DNA of 63,727 bases, counting the filler, from Octopus bimaculoides (Eukaryota), in the NCBI RefSeq assembly GCF_001194135.2. It is 4 parts of 4 records of this genome, joined end to end, with 100 filler letters (N's around TTAATTAATTAA, not from the genome) between each part and the next. Parts side by side here need not be neighbours in the genome. Positions count along the whole stretch, not along the records: positions 33,687 to 60,515 come from NC_068985.1; 3 more parts are not named here. One strand, written 5' to 3'. Numbering within the stretch: position 1 is the stretch's first letter; each line of letters begins with the position of its first letter. This document shows, one piece after another, positions 39,510 to 51,671 of the stretch. Under the pieces are notes generated by a model, which saw only the letters and a program-made list of their open reading frames with translations, had not been told where the DNA came from and made no database searches. The position numbers were made by a program, and so were the translations under genes.

Positions 39510-39665
39510 TATACACGATTGGCCTTCGACATAGTTTCCGGCTATCAAATTCACTCAAGGCATTGGTTGGTTCGGGGCTATAGTGGAAGGCTCTCCCCTC
39601 GAGTGTCGAGCAGTGGTACTGAAACCAGGACCAAGTGACTACAAAGTGAACTTCTTAACCACTCA
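39510..39665 (-). mobile_element. Decayed family A SINE head half
   Basis: Similar to 35280-35429. Confidence 0.65.
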
Positions 39666-40240
39666 ACAAAATCTACTCCTATGTGAAAGATGGGTTTTTT
39701 TTTTTTTTTAGAGGCCATTTTCGTGCCACATACATAGTTTTATATAACTTATTCCCATCAAAAACTTAAATTAAAATCATAACATTGCTTTAAGACTTTT
39801 ATATGTGATAGTATTTACAATACGTGGTTTTGACAGCTGGGTTACGGTGTTGGCGGACTGAACTTGAACACGCGAAGTAACTTGATTAAACTGACATCTA
39901 TGTATGTATGTATGTATGTATGTATGTATGTATGTATGTATGTATGTATGTATGTATGTATGTATGTAGATCTTTCTATTTATCTCTCTGTCTACTTATC
40001 TCTCTGTCTATCTATCTATCTTATTTATGTTTGTATTAGTATACGTAAGTATGTATCAATATATGTATTCATTGATTCATACCTATGTCAATGTGCGCGG
40101 AATACTTTATATATGTATGTGTGAGTGCTCGCGTGTGCANNNNNNNNNNNNNNNNNNNNNNNNNNNNNNNNNNNNNNNNNNNNNNNNNNNNNNNNNNNNN
40201 NNNNNNNNNNNNNNNNNNNNNNNNNNNNNNNNNNNNNNNT

Positions 40241-40385
40241 AGTGACATTTCTTCCGTCCTTACATTCGGAGTTCAAGTTCAACCTTGGTCGAGTTTCCAT
40301 TATTTCTGTTTGCGGTCGATAATATAAGTACCAGTTAAGTACTGGAGCTGATGTAAGTAATCGACCTCGTGCCAAATTTGGAAAC
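40241..40385 (+). mobile_element. Decayed family B SINE
   Basis: GAGTTCAAGTTC...GTCGATAATATAAGTACCAGTT. Confidence 0.65.
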
Positions 40386-40389
40386 ATAA

Positions 40390-40513
40390 TTATTTTTATC
40401 ATCATCATCATCGTCGTCGTCGTTGTCGTCGTCATCATCATCATTATTATTTATTATTATTATTCTTCTTATTATTATTATTATTATCATCATTATTATT
40501 ATTATTATCATCA

Positions 40514-40562
<49 letters not shown>

Positions 40563-40600
40563 CATCATTATTATTATTATCATTATTATTATTATTATCA

Positions 40601-40658
<58 letters not shown>

Positions 40659-40669
40659 CATTATTATTG

Positions 40670-40715
<46 letters not shown>

Positions 40716-40726
40716 CATCATCATCA

Positions 40727-40774
<48 letters not shown>
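40390..40774. repeat. (ATT/ATC)n trinucleotide array
   Basis: Directly visible. Confidence 0.95.
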
Positions 40775-41526
40775 NNNNNNNNNNNNNNNNNNNNNNNNNN
40801 NNNNNNNNNNNNNNNNNNNNNNNNNNNNNNNNNNNNNNNNNNNNNNNNNNNNNNNNNNNNNNNNNNNNNNNNNNNNNNNNNNNNNNNNNNNNNNNNNNNN
40901 NNNNNNNNNNNNNNNNNNNNNNNNNNNNNNNNNNNNNNNNNNNNNNNNNNNNNNNNNNNNNNNNNNNNNNNNNNNNNNNNNNNNNNNNNNNNNNNNNNNN
41001 NNNNNNNNNNNNNNNNNNNNNNNNNNNNNNNNNNNNNNNNNNNNNNCAACAACAACAAAAATAATATGCATATACTAACACACGTCAACAACAACAACAA
41101 CAACAGGATTTTTGGTAAATAGATTTTTAGTTTTTAAACTAAAAATGTCAGTTGACGTATTTTAGCTCACGTGAATTTTCAAGTCATGTCGATTAGCTTT
41201 GTACGTGTAAATAGCTAAAAAAAAATTTTTTTAACGGAAATAAGGTCATATTATGTATTTGATTTGCAGAAAGAACACAAAGTAGATGACTCCATAAAAG
41301 GAGAGAGTGTGTCGGGCAAAATACTCAGCGGCAATTTTTTTTTTTTTTCTTCGATCTTTACGTTCTGAGTTCAAATCCCACAGAGGCCAAATTTTCCTTT
41401 CTTCCAAAGTACCAGTGAAGTATTGAAGCTGATGCAATCGACTTTAACCCCTTCATCCATCCCGCTTATCACAGCTCACACACTTTCAGGCCCTGTGATT
41501 GAGAAAAGCTGCTATTATTGTTACTT

Positions 41527-41947
41527 CAGGCGGTGAGCTGGCAGAAACGTTAGCGCGCTGGACGAAATGCTTAGCGGTATTTGGTCTGCCGTTACGTTCT
41601 GAATTCAAATTGCCTTTCATTCTTTCGAGGTCGATAAATTAAGTACCACTTGCGCACTGGGGTCGATGTAATCGACTTAATCCTTTTTTTCTGTCCATGT
41701 TTGTCCACTCTATGTTTAGCCCCTTGTGGGCAATTAAGAAATAAGAAACGTTAGCAGGCCGGGCGAAACGCCTAGCCGTATTTCGTCTGTCTTTACGTTC
41801 TCAGTTCAAATTCCACCGAGATCGACTTTGCTTGTCATCCCTTCGGAGTCGGTAAATTAAGTACCAGTTGCGTACTGCGGTTGATCTAATCGACTGGCCC
41901 CCTCCCCCAAAATTTCAGGCCTTGTACCTGGAGTAGAAAAGAATATT
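41527..41947 (+). mobile_element. Two head-to-tail family B SINEs
   Basis: GGCGGTGAGCTGGCAGAAACGTTAGC..., with a second GAAACGTTAGC at ~41746, ending GTAGAAAAGAATATT. Confidence 0.85.
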
Positions 41948-42987
41948 TTGATAAGTGATTTTCAAATACAATATCAAAGTCTATATCATTCGAACGCGAA
42001 ATCATGTGGCTACCAAGCCAATTCTTTAACCAAACAGGGAGACTCTCTGGGAAAAAAGAAGGAAAAACCCCAAACAAACTTAGAGCTGGAGAATGATCCC
42101 ATGAACTTCTCGCATGCAAAGCAAGCAGCCAGTGAACTGAGCCAGTTCACACTTTAGAAAGGAGCAACATTAGTTCATATTTAATCATACCTGGCCCATT
42201 AGAGTAAATAGGTGCAGGGATGGGGTCGTGCTATACAGCATCGTCATCATCATCATCGTTGTCATCATTTTCATCATCATTATCATCATCATTATCATCA
42301 TCATCATCATCATCATCATCACTATCATCATCATCATCACTATCATCATCATCGTCTTCAACGTCGTCGTCATCATCGTCATTGTCGTCGTCATCGTCAT
42401 CATCAGCACTAATAACAACAACAACAGTAAAATCAGTGCTACTTCACGAGCCTTCGAGGTATTATCTATGTGGTTTTCTCAGTATACTTGCTAGAAATAG
42501 CAGTTAAATATCACTAATAGACTAGAAAAGAACACACTTGTTAATATAGACTCGGATAAATCTTTAGCTACTCTACGGAATGGTCACGACTGGAACGTTT
42601 TTCATTCTAGGTCTGCTTCATGTAGTCCTCCCTGAAAGTAATGAACAGCAAAAAACAATGACAATAGCAACAGAGTTGTTAACTTAGTGTAATACCAGAG
42701 CTGGGATCGAAACTGTAACCTCGTGGTTGTCAGGTGACCTTATCCAATCGGCTATATGGCCCCTACAACAATATATCTCTTTATGTATGCGTGTATGAAA
42801 GTCTGCACACACATACATTTGATGGGCTTTGTGCAGTTTCCCTCTTCTGGTTTTATGTACACAGCATCAGTCCACTCAAGCGAAAAGCACATGCCTCAAA
42901 AGCCCCGGTCTCGATATAAATCGAAACCCTTCAATCAAGCAGACAAACATACATTTACAGTAAAACGAAGAAAAAATCTTGACACGT

Positions 42988-43060
42988 TGGAGAATCCGGA
43001 TATCGATCCCGGTGTCTTTCGCATACTAAGTAAGCGCTCTATCACTTGAGTGAATTCCCC
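42988..43060 (-). pseudogene. tRNA-Ala pseudogene (anticodon decayed to AGT)
   Basis: GGGGAATTCACTCAAGTGATAGAGCGCTTACTTAGTATGCGAAAGACACCGGGATCGATATCCGGATTCTCCA; several stem mismatches. Confidence 0.85.
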
Positions 43061-43283
43061 CACATGTCTATAGGCTTATTGCGATCTCGTAAAGAACTAA
43101 TGATTTGTATCCTTACACTTTTGAGACCTTTCTTTGCTGCGCCATGAATCGAAGTAAATGCAATTTGTTTGTCTAAAATACCGATGCGTAACAATGTATT
43201 TAGGGATACTATCTTCTCAAAGGTTTCCGCGTGGAATCATGATGTTGAGGTCTTTCGTGTGCATTGCTGTTTTAGGAAATGCG

Positions 43284-43320
<37 letters not shown>

Positions 43321-43514
43321 TTGATTTGTTTTACGCACAGTTTCCCTCTTCTAGCTTGACCTACGCAGCATCACTCCTCCCGAGGACACACGCTAAGATG
43401 CCACGCAATGGGTCTGAACCTAAACCACGTGGCTATAAATCGAAACACTTCAACCAAACTCACAAGCCTATGCCAACAGTAAAAAAAAAAAAAAGAGAAC
43501 GAAATCCTGACAAA

Positions 43515-43587
43515 TGGAGAATCCGGGTATTGATCCCGGTACCTCTCACATGCTAAGCAAGCGCTCTACCACTTGAGCTAATTCCCC
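43515..43587 (-). tRNA. tRNA-Ala-AGC: tRNA-Ala (AGC)
   Basis: GGGGAATTAGCTCAAGTGGTAGAGCGCTTGCTTAGCATGTGAGAGGTACCGGGATCAATACCCGGATTCTCCA; cloverleaf, G3:U70, T-run downstream. Confidence 0.8.
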
Positions 43588-43814
43588 AACCTGTTTACGA
43601 GGTTATGAAAATTTCTTTAAAAAACTAATGATCTGTATCTTCACAATTTTGACAATTTCATTCGTTGTGTCATGAATCGAAGCAGATGAAATTCGTTAGA
43701 CTAAAATACTGATGCGTAAGAGTGTATTTAGGAGAACTATCTCATTAAACGCTTCCTCGTAGCATTGTGATGTTGAGGTCGTCCGTGTGCATTGCTGTGT
43801 TATGAAATGAGCGT

Positions 43815-43874
<60 letters not shown>

Positions 43875-44273
43875 TCGATGAGTTTTATGCACAGTTTATA
43901 GTCTCCATAGCGTAACTTTGCCAAGGGGCCTGAAACGGTCCTGGTTGTCTGGAATGAATTTTGCGTTTCTTGTGGCGAGAGTACTACACTCTCTGACGAG
44001 AATAGACAGGACCACCACATATAAACAGTAACGGTCTGACGTAGTCGGCAGTCCGTAGTTTAGCCTTCGAAGTCCAGGTAAAGTTTACAGTTCGAGTTAG
44101 TGTGTTGGAAATATTGATTGTTGGTTCGTAAAAGACTGTTAGTTCGTTACATGTTTGTTACTGCCACTGTTTCTATTTTGTATTGTTATAACAGTGTATT
44201 CTTTATCTACCGTTACTGCGATATTGGAAGCTTTAAGATATAACAGTGTTTGATGGTATGATGTGGTATGAAC

Positions 44274-44572
44274 TGGCACGCCGTCGTTTACGACGATGAG
44301 GGCTCCAGTTGATCCGACCAACGGAACAACCTACTCGTGAAATTAACGTGCAAGTGGCTGAACATTCTACAGACATGCATAACCTTAATGTAGTTCTCAG
44401 GGTGATTCAGTAGGGCACAGGGGCTGACAACGTTGGTCCTTTGAAATAAAGGTACTAATCATTTTTGCCAGTTGAGTCAATTGGTTAACGTGAAATAAAC
44501 TGTCTTGCTCAAGGACACGACGCGTTTCCTAGAATCGAAACCAGAATACCCTAACCACCAAGTCACACGCTT
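44274..44572 (-). mobile_element. Older SINE combining the family D core with a family C-type tail
   Basis: Tail CCAGTTGATCCGACCAACGGAACA...GTGAAATTAACGTGCAAG is shared with 46582-46967; the core is the reverse complement of GTGTCCTTGAGCAAGACAG. Confidence 0.75.
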
Positions 44573-44737
44573 CTACGATTTAAGATTTTGTGGCGTACTA
44601 ACATGCAGGGCGTTCGACGCTGTGTAATCGAGCATCATGTGCTGAACACTAAAACGATGTAGCTATAAATCGAAACACTTCAACCAAGCTGACAATTCTG
44701 TGCCAAGAAAGAAAAACAAAATGGAAACTCTACAAAC

Positions 44738-44753
44738 TGGAGAACCCGGGTAT
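44738..44753 (-). pseudogene. Truncated tRNA-Ala (last 16 nt only)
   Basis: TGGAGAACCCGGGTAT preceded on + by the same spacer (AAATCGAAACACTTCAACCAA...) as the other units. Confidence 0.7.
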
Positions 44754-45050
44754 GAGGTTTGCTGACTGTAAGAAATGTAATCTCTTGTGCGCTACTTTGC
44801 CTGGAATCCACACGGATGTAGGGGCCCAGTACTAGTCTATGTGCTCTATGGCCTGCCTTCCATTAATAAATGCTGTGAACCCCTGTGCATTACTCTGCTA
44901 AGGAGTCACGGATGTAGAGGTCCACTGTTAATCCATGTAAACCGTGGCTTACTTTCCATAAATGCATGCTGTAAGCTTCAGTGTATTGCTTTACCCAGGC
45001 GTCGAATGGATGTAGAAACCCGCTACAAATCTACGCCTCGTATCGCTCGT
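44752..45050. repeat. Diverged ~96-bp tandem repeat, block 1
   Basis: CACGGATGTAG at 44811 and 44907; GGATGTAG at 45008. Confidence 0.75.
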
Positions 45051-45654
45051 TGTTAAGAAATATATGGACAAGGTTGCTCCATGGATGCTGCAAACGTATT
45101 GACTTGCCTTTCCTTGTGGCTTTTCCACGACTGAGGAGGTGGTAAGTGTACTTGAGACTCGGCACCTGCTTCTAGAACCGGCCCTAACACAGCAGAGATG
45201 GTTGTTACTGTCGCAGTAATACTGTCAACCAGCATCAAAAAGCGGTCAACCATTATAGTGTGCAGTGCATACTTTGCCATGCGGCCTACAGACTGAGCTA
45301 ATTCTCTCTTTACAAAGGCATTACATTAACTCATATTTAACCATGTCTAACCCATTGGAGTCTTCAAATTTTACCTACACAGCATCGTTTATTTGCGCAG
45401 GCTGTAGTATAATGTGGAATCTATCGATTCAGTTCAGCATCTTGCACGGGCCAATGCAACTTTCCCACGCTAATTACCATAACAGTTCTCATCTCCTCAA
45501 TTTGATCTTCAATGTCTTCCACAAGTTCATTGGTGTATGCTGTTTTCGATTCCTGTATGTCCATGCATGGGTTTCCAGCGAACGATATATTTCATCCTTG
45601 TTTCTCCAGCACTGTTATACATAACATAGCCTTCTTTTAATATTTCAATAAGTG

Positions 45655-45874
45655 AAGGCAGAGAGCTGGCAGAAACGTTAGCACGCCGGGCGAAATGCTT
45701 AGCGGCATTTCGTCTGTCTACATTCTGAGTTCAAATTCCGCCGAGGTCGACTTTACCGTTCATCCTTTAGGGGTCGATAAATTAAGTACTACTTGCGTAC
45801 TGGAGTCGATCTCATCGGCTGGCTTCGTCCACAAGATTTTCTGGCCTTTCGGGTCTAGAGTAGAAAAGAATATT
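45655..45874 (+). mobile_element. Family B SINE, full length
   Basis: AAGGCAGAGAGCTGGCAGAAACGTTAGCACGCCGGG...GTAGAAAAGAATATT. Confidence 0.9.
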
Positions 45875-46362
45875 ACAATAAGTGACTTTTCATTTGCAAT
45901 CTTAAATTCTACCATATCATTCGAATTAGAAATCTGATGATTTGTATACTCCCACGTTTGACAATTCTATTCGTTGCGCTGTGAATCGGTGTAGATACAA
46001 TACGTTGGACTAAAGTACTCAAGTGTAACAGTATATTTAGGAGTGATACCTCGTAGAATCGTGAGATTGAGGTCGTTCGTGTGCATTGCTGTTTTACACA
46101 CACACACACACACACATACTTGCGTGCACACGCACGCACTGAAACACACACACACATATGATGAGCTTTACGCAGTTTCTCTCTTCCAGTTTTACCTATA
46201 CAGCATCAGACTTCTCAAGGATGCAACAGAAGACACAAACCTAAGATACTATCCAGTGGGATAGAATCTAAAACTCCGTGGGTACAAATCGAAATCCTGC
46301 TGCCATGCTAACATTCAAGTCCCAATAGTAATAAGTAAAATAAAAAAAGAAACATTGCGAAA

Positions 46363-46435
46363 TGGAGAACCCGGGTATCGATTCCGGTACCTCTTGCATG
46401 CTAAACAAGCGCTCTATCATTTGAGCTAATTCCCC
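46363..46435 (-). pseudogene. tRNA-Ala (AGC), probably a pseudogene
   Basis: GGGGAATTAGCTCAAATGATAGAGCGCTTGTTTAGCATGCAAGAGGTACCGGAATCGATACCCGGGTTCTCCA; D-loop GG changed to GA and the T-stem closing pair is lost. Confidence 0.75.
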
Positions 46436-46581
46436 AACATGTCTACGAGTTTATTACAAATTCTTAAAAAAACTGATGATTTGTGTCCTCCTACTTTTGA
46501 CAGTTTTGTTTGCTGTGCTGTGAATCTAAGTAAATGCAATTTGCCTGACTAAAATATTTATGCATAACAAGGACGTTAGGG

Positions 46582-46967
46582 GTTGTTGGCACTCCGTCGC
46601 TTACGACGTCGAGGGTTCCAGTTGATCCGATCAACGGAACAGCCTGCTCGTGAAATTAACGTGCAAGTGGCTGAGCACTCCACAGACACGTGTACCCTTA
46701 ACGTAGTTCTCGGGGATATTCAGCGTGACACAATGTGACAAGGCTGACCCTTTGAATTACAGGCACAACAGAAACAGGAAGTAAGAGTGAGAGAAAGTTG
46801 TGGTGGAAGAGTACAGCAGGGTTCGCCACCATCCCCTGCCGGAGCCTCGTGGAGCTTTAGGTGTTTTCGCTCAATAAACACTCACAACGCCCGGTCTGGG
46901 AATCGAAACCGCGATCCTATGACCGCGAGTTCGCTGCCCTAACCGCTGGGCCATTGCGCCTCCACAC
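46582..46967 (-). mobile_element. Young full-length tRNA-derived SINE (family C)
   Basis: Head GTGTGGAGGCGCAATGGCCCAGCGGTTAGGG...GGTTTCGATTCC; tail ...GGAGTGCCAACAAC. TTAGGG lies at or near both flanks (probable TSD). Inserted in a tRNA spacer. Confidence 0.9.
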
Positions 46968-47259
46968 TTTAGGGGTAATACCCCATTAAAATTCTCCTCA
47001 TATAAACGTGCGCATTGCTATTGTATGCCATGAGCGCGCGCGATTACACACACACAATCACAGATTTGATGCGTTTTCTTCACAGTTTCTCTCATCCAGC
47101 ATCATTCCTCTCGAAGATATAGACTTCATAGAGGATGATGCAGCCTGAGATGCCACACAGTGGGACCGAACCTAAGATCACATAGCTACAAATCGAAACC
47201 CAGCAAACATGCTGACATTCCTGCGCCAACAGAAACAAAAAACAGAAACCCTGACTAAT

Positions 47260-47332
47260 TGGAGAATCCGGGTATCGATCCCGGTGCCTCTTGCATGCTA
47301 AGCAAGTGTTCTACCATTTGAACTAATTCCCC
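47260..47332 (-). tRNA. tRNA-Ala-AGC: tRNA-Ala (AGC), variant D stem
   Basis: GGGGAATTAGTTCAAATGGTAGAACACTTGCTTAGCATGCAAGAGGCACCGGGATCGATACCCGGATTCTCCA; all stems pair, G3:U70. Confidence 0.78.
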
Positions 47333-47558
47333 AACATATTCACTTCAGTTTCAAGAAATCCTAAAGAGCTGATGATTTGTATCATTACACTTTTGACACT
47401 TTTATTCGTTAGACAAAAGTACCGATGTGTAACAGTGTATTGAAGAATATTAACTCATTAAAGGTTTTCTCATTAAATCGTGTAATGAGGCCGTTCATGT
47501 GCATTGTTGTTTTATTATATGAGTAACAAAAGAAGGAAAAAAAAAGACAGTGACAAAT

Positions 47559-47631
47559 TGGAGAATCCGGGTATCGATCCCGGTACCTCTCGCATGCTAA
47601 GCAAGCGCTCTACCACTTGAGCTAATTCCCC
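47559..47631 (-). tRNA. tRNA-Ala-AGC: tRNA-Ala (AGC), best-preserved copy
   Basis: GGGGAATTAGCTCAAGTGGTAGAGCGCTTGCTTAGCATGCGAGAGGTACCGGGATCGATACCCGGATTCTCCA; intact A/B boxes and a long T-run terminator ~13 nt downstream. Confidence 0.92.
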
Positions 47632-47879
47632 ACCATGCTTTCTACGGTATTAAAAATTCGTAAAGAACTGATTATTCGTGCCATCACACTTTTGAAAACT
47701 TTATTCGCTGTGCTGTGAATCAAAGTAGATAGAATTTGTTGAACTAAAACACTGATGTGTAACAATATGTAGCACTCCTAAATACATTTAGGGGTCCTAC
47801 CTCATTAAAGGGTTCCTCACGGAATCGAAATGTTTAGTAGGTTCGTGTGTGTTGCTGTTTCATGACTTGAGCCTACTTG

Positions 47880-48385
47880 GCTGTTACTTCGAAACCCAAC
47901 GAATCCATGGAATCCAATGTTATTCGATATATATTGAGGTTAAGGCAGCGAGCCGGCAGAAACGTTAGCACGCCGGGCGAAATGCTTAGCTCTATTTCGT
48001 CTGTTTTTACGTTCTGAGTTCAAATTCCGCCGAGGTCGACTTCGCCATTCATCCTTTCGGGGGTCGATAACTTAAGTACCAGTTGCGTACTGGAGTCGAC
48101 CTAATCGACTGGCACCCTTCCCCCAAAATTTCGGGTCTTGTGCCTAGAGTAGAAAAGATCATATGGGCGTACTATGCTGTTACTCCGAACCCTCACGAAT
48201 CTATGTGGCCCTATCCTGTTCGATGTATACTGAGGTTTGCTGTCTATAAATACTGTAAGCTCTAGTTCACTGCCTTACGTGGGAACCATACAGATCTAGG
48301 GACCCACTGCTACGCGATGTACGCTATGGCTTGCCTTCTATTAATAAACAATGTGAACCTCTGTGCATTGCTTTGCCAAGGAACA
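47880..48385. repeat. Diverged ~96-bp tandem repeat, block 2 (interrupted by a SINE)
   Basis: Shares TGAGGTTTGCTG and the ...TTAATAAA...GTGAAC...TGTGCATT motifs with block 1; internal period ~95 (48194 vs 48289). Confidence 0.7.
47942..48160 (+). mobile_element. Family B SINE, full length
   Basis: AAGGCAGCGAGCCGGCAGAAACGTTAGCACGCCGGGCG...GTAGAAAAG. Confidence 0.9.
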
Positions 48386-48574
48386 TATTTTTCTGTTGGA
48401 GCAATGTCGCTTGCCACATTGACAAAGATATCAAGCATCACCATATTGGTGCCAATCAGTTATAGAATGTGATATATTACACTGTAATAGCATGAATTTT
48501 AACCTTGGGTAGCAACTGTTATTTCCTACTTGCTTACCCCTAAAAAGGTTGAAAGATAACTAATATTTCCTTTA

Positions 48575-48775
48575 AACATTGCTTTTCTTATGATATTTAT
48601 TCAAATCCCCAGAGAATTTCTCTCAACACATGGTTATGATGCTCCCCCAGTACTCCTGCTCATAATCAGCGATGCAAATGTTGTCAACCACTAAGGGACA
48701 TGCTCAAGTGGTTAAGATCAAGCAACTGACAAGCAAATCTGTGGTATTGAGCAGAATATTTGCTATAACGATATT
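48575..48775. mobile_element. Unclassified interspersed repeat, copy 1
   Basis: CTCTCAACACATGGTTATGATGCTCCCCCA...TGACAAGCAAATCTGTGGTATTGAGCAGAATATTTGCT matches ~54000-54170. Confidence 0.75.
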
Positions 48776-49410
48776 TCTGCTTCAGCAACTCAGCACTGAA
48801 TGTCTAAAATGTAATGGAAAATTGGCCAGTTTCGAAGCATTGATGTCCAGGTTAGAAAGGCAAAATTTGAAGGGAAGGGAATAGTAGTCATTTCCTTTGA
48901 TTTCTAAATGGAATCAAATAGGAAATAACACTTACTGATTGAAGACAAGAAAAGAAAGATTATAGACAAACAAAATTTTGTTGAACAGTGTTAGAGTTTA
49001 GTGCGCTGTGTGATGATATAGAGATAGTTTCAAGGGTGTTATGTGGAGTTTGACATACTACGGTGTTCTGAAATTTTCCGGTCATATTACACATTGAACT
49101 AATATAATTGGACTTAAGCTGTACATTGTAATTAGTTATATACACAAAACATATGGCATATTTAAATTAAGGAAGTCATCGGTAAATACGTATATATAAA
49201 AAGTGTGGGCGTATATGTATGTATGTGCGCGTGCGTGCGTAGATTATGTTAGAAATCAAACAAACAAGCAAAGCATTAAAATATTAATTTACTGTGAAGC
49301 TATCGGTACACATAAACTGCAATATGCGAAAATTCGATGCATCTAACACTTGGTAATATTAACAGTTGCACTTAGTTTTAGGTGCATTTTTCATTAAAAG
49401 CGACAGCTAA

Positions 49411-49444
<34 letters not shown>

Positions 49445-50169
49445 ATATANNNNNNNNNNNNNNNNNNNNNNNNNNNNNNNNNNNNNNNNNNNNNNNNNNN
49501 NNNNNNNNNNNNNNNNNNNNNNNNNNNNNNNNNNNNNNNNNNNNNNNNNNNNNNNNNNNNNNNNNNNNNNNNNNNNNNNNNNNNNNNNNNNNNNNNNNNN
49601 NNNNNNNNNNNNNNNNNNNNNNNNNNNNNNNNNNNNNNNNNNNNNNNNNNNNNNNNNNNNNNNNNNNNNNNNNNNNNNNNNNNNNNNNNNNNNNNNNNNN
49701 NNNNNNNNNNNNNNNNNNNNNNNNNNNNNNNNNNNNNNNNNNNNNNNNNNNNNNNNNNNNNNNNNNNNNNNNNNNNNNNNNNNNNNNNNNNNNNNNNNNN
49801 NNNNNNNNNNNNNNNNNNNNNNNNNNNNNNNNNNNNNNNNNNNNNNNNNNNNNNNNNNNNNNNNNNNNNNNNNNNNNNNNNNNNNNNNNNNNNNNNNNNN
49901 NNNNNNNNNNNNNNNNNNNNNNNNNNNNNNNNNNNNNNNNNNNNNNNNNNNNNNNNNNNNNNNNNNNNNNNNNNNNNNNNNNNNNNNNNNNNNNNNNNNN
50001 NNNNNNNNNNNNNNNNNNNNNNNNNNNNNNNNNNNNNNNNNNNNNNNNNNNNNNNNNNNNNNNNNNNNNNNNNNNNNNNNNNNNNNNNNNNNNNNNNNNN
50101 NNNNNNNNNNNNNNNNNNNNNNNNNNNNNNNNNNNNNNNNNNNNNNNNNNNNNNNNNNNNNNNNNNNNN

Positions 50170-50219
<50 letters not shown>

Positions 50220-50811
50220 CATATATATATATACCATATACATATACATGCACATACACGCACTCACACACGCACACACACACACATATATATGTATATA
50301 TGCACACATATACGTATACATATATATTATACTAATTATATGGGTAAGCATTTCGCAGTTAGAGCGAAGATCTCTATATTTTATTTTTCTAGAAACGATT
50401 AGGAGAGGAGTTCAATAAAAGGGGAAAACAAATGAGTTACAGCAGCAATATATCTAATAATACATCAATACGGATCATATTTATATTTATATATATATAT
50501 GTGTATATATAATTATATAATAATACACCAGTACAGCTAATGCATGTAATTATATATGAAATCCGCTAAAATATATATGTATTATGTATGTATGTATGTA
50601 TGTATGTATGTATGTATGTATGTATGTATGGATGGATGGATGTGTATATTGTACAGGTAAAATATGCAATAATATATCAGTGTAAGTAAAAAGAAGTAAC
50701 ACCTGAAAATAAAATCCAGCCCCATATTGCATATCTACGTGTTGATTTTAGTTTGAAGTCTCTCTCTCTGAATGAAGGATACTGATATATTGAATTCAAA
50801 TATTTGCCACA

Positions 50812-51650
50812 AGGCCAGCAATTTTGGTGGAGGAGGTAAGTCCACTGCATCGACCCCAGTATGTAACTGGTACTAATTTTATCGACCCTGAATGGACGAA
50901 AGCTCACCCCAGGCAGAATTTGAATTCAGAACGTAAAATCGGACGAAATGCTGCTGAGCATGCAAACGATTCTTTTTTAGGTAAAAGGCCCGAAATTTTG
51001 AGGGAGGGGGATAGTCGATAAGCTCGACTCCAGTACGCAACTGGTACTTAATTTATCGACCTCGAAAGGATGAAGGGAAAAGTCGACCACGTCGGAATTT
51101 GAACTCAGAACGTAAATCCAGACGAAACACTGCTAAGCATTTCGCCCGGCGTGCTAAGGTTTCTGCCTGCTCGCTGCCTTGAAATGCATACTTTTATATT
51201 AGTTTCAAATTCGAGGTGTGATGGTGGGTAACTGATTATATCGATCCCTAGTACTCAACTGATGCTTATTTGATCGACCCTGAAAAGGAATGAAAGGAAA
51301 TGTCGACCTCGGCAGTATTTGAACTCAGAACGTAAAGACGGACGAAATGCCGCTAAGCGTTTTGCTCGATGTGCTAACGATTCTGCCGGTTCACCGCTTT
51401 AATAATATATAAGCATACTTATATATTAAATATAAATACAGAGGCTGAACAAAACAATCCTTTCTTCTAAAGGTAGAATGCTTGAAATTTGTGGGGAGGG
51501 AACTAATCGATTTCCTTGACCCCTGTATTTCACTAGTACATAATTTATGTAAAGTTGACCTCGGCGGAATTTGAGCTCAGAACGAAAAAGACGGGCCCAA
51601 TGCCGCTAAGCATTTTGCTCGGCGTGCCAACGATTCCGCCAGCTCACCGT
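50812..51650 (-). mobile_element. Four tandem family B SINEs
   Basis: Copies at about 50812-50965, 50985-51180, 51205-51400 and 51470-51650, all in the same orientation. Confidence 0.85.
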
Positions 51651-51671
51651 CTTGATTATATACAAGCATAC

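Noticed and set aside
42212-42507. His-rich ORF suggesting a cephalopod structural protein
   Set aside because: A pure (CAT)n microsatellite, open in several frames.
42694-42761. Additional tRNA gene on the minus strand
   Set aside because: Only A/B-box-like motifs without a closing acceptor stem; more likely a decayed SINE head.
50812-51650. CRISPR-like repeat-spacer array
   Set aside because: The units are ~200-bp SINEs in eukaryotic DNA; no cas genes and no short constant repeats anywhere in the window.
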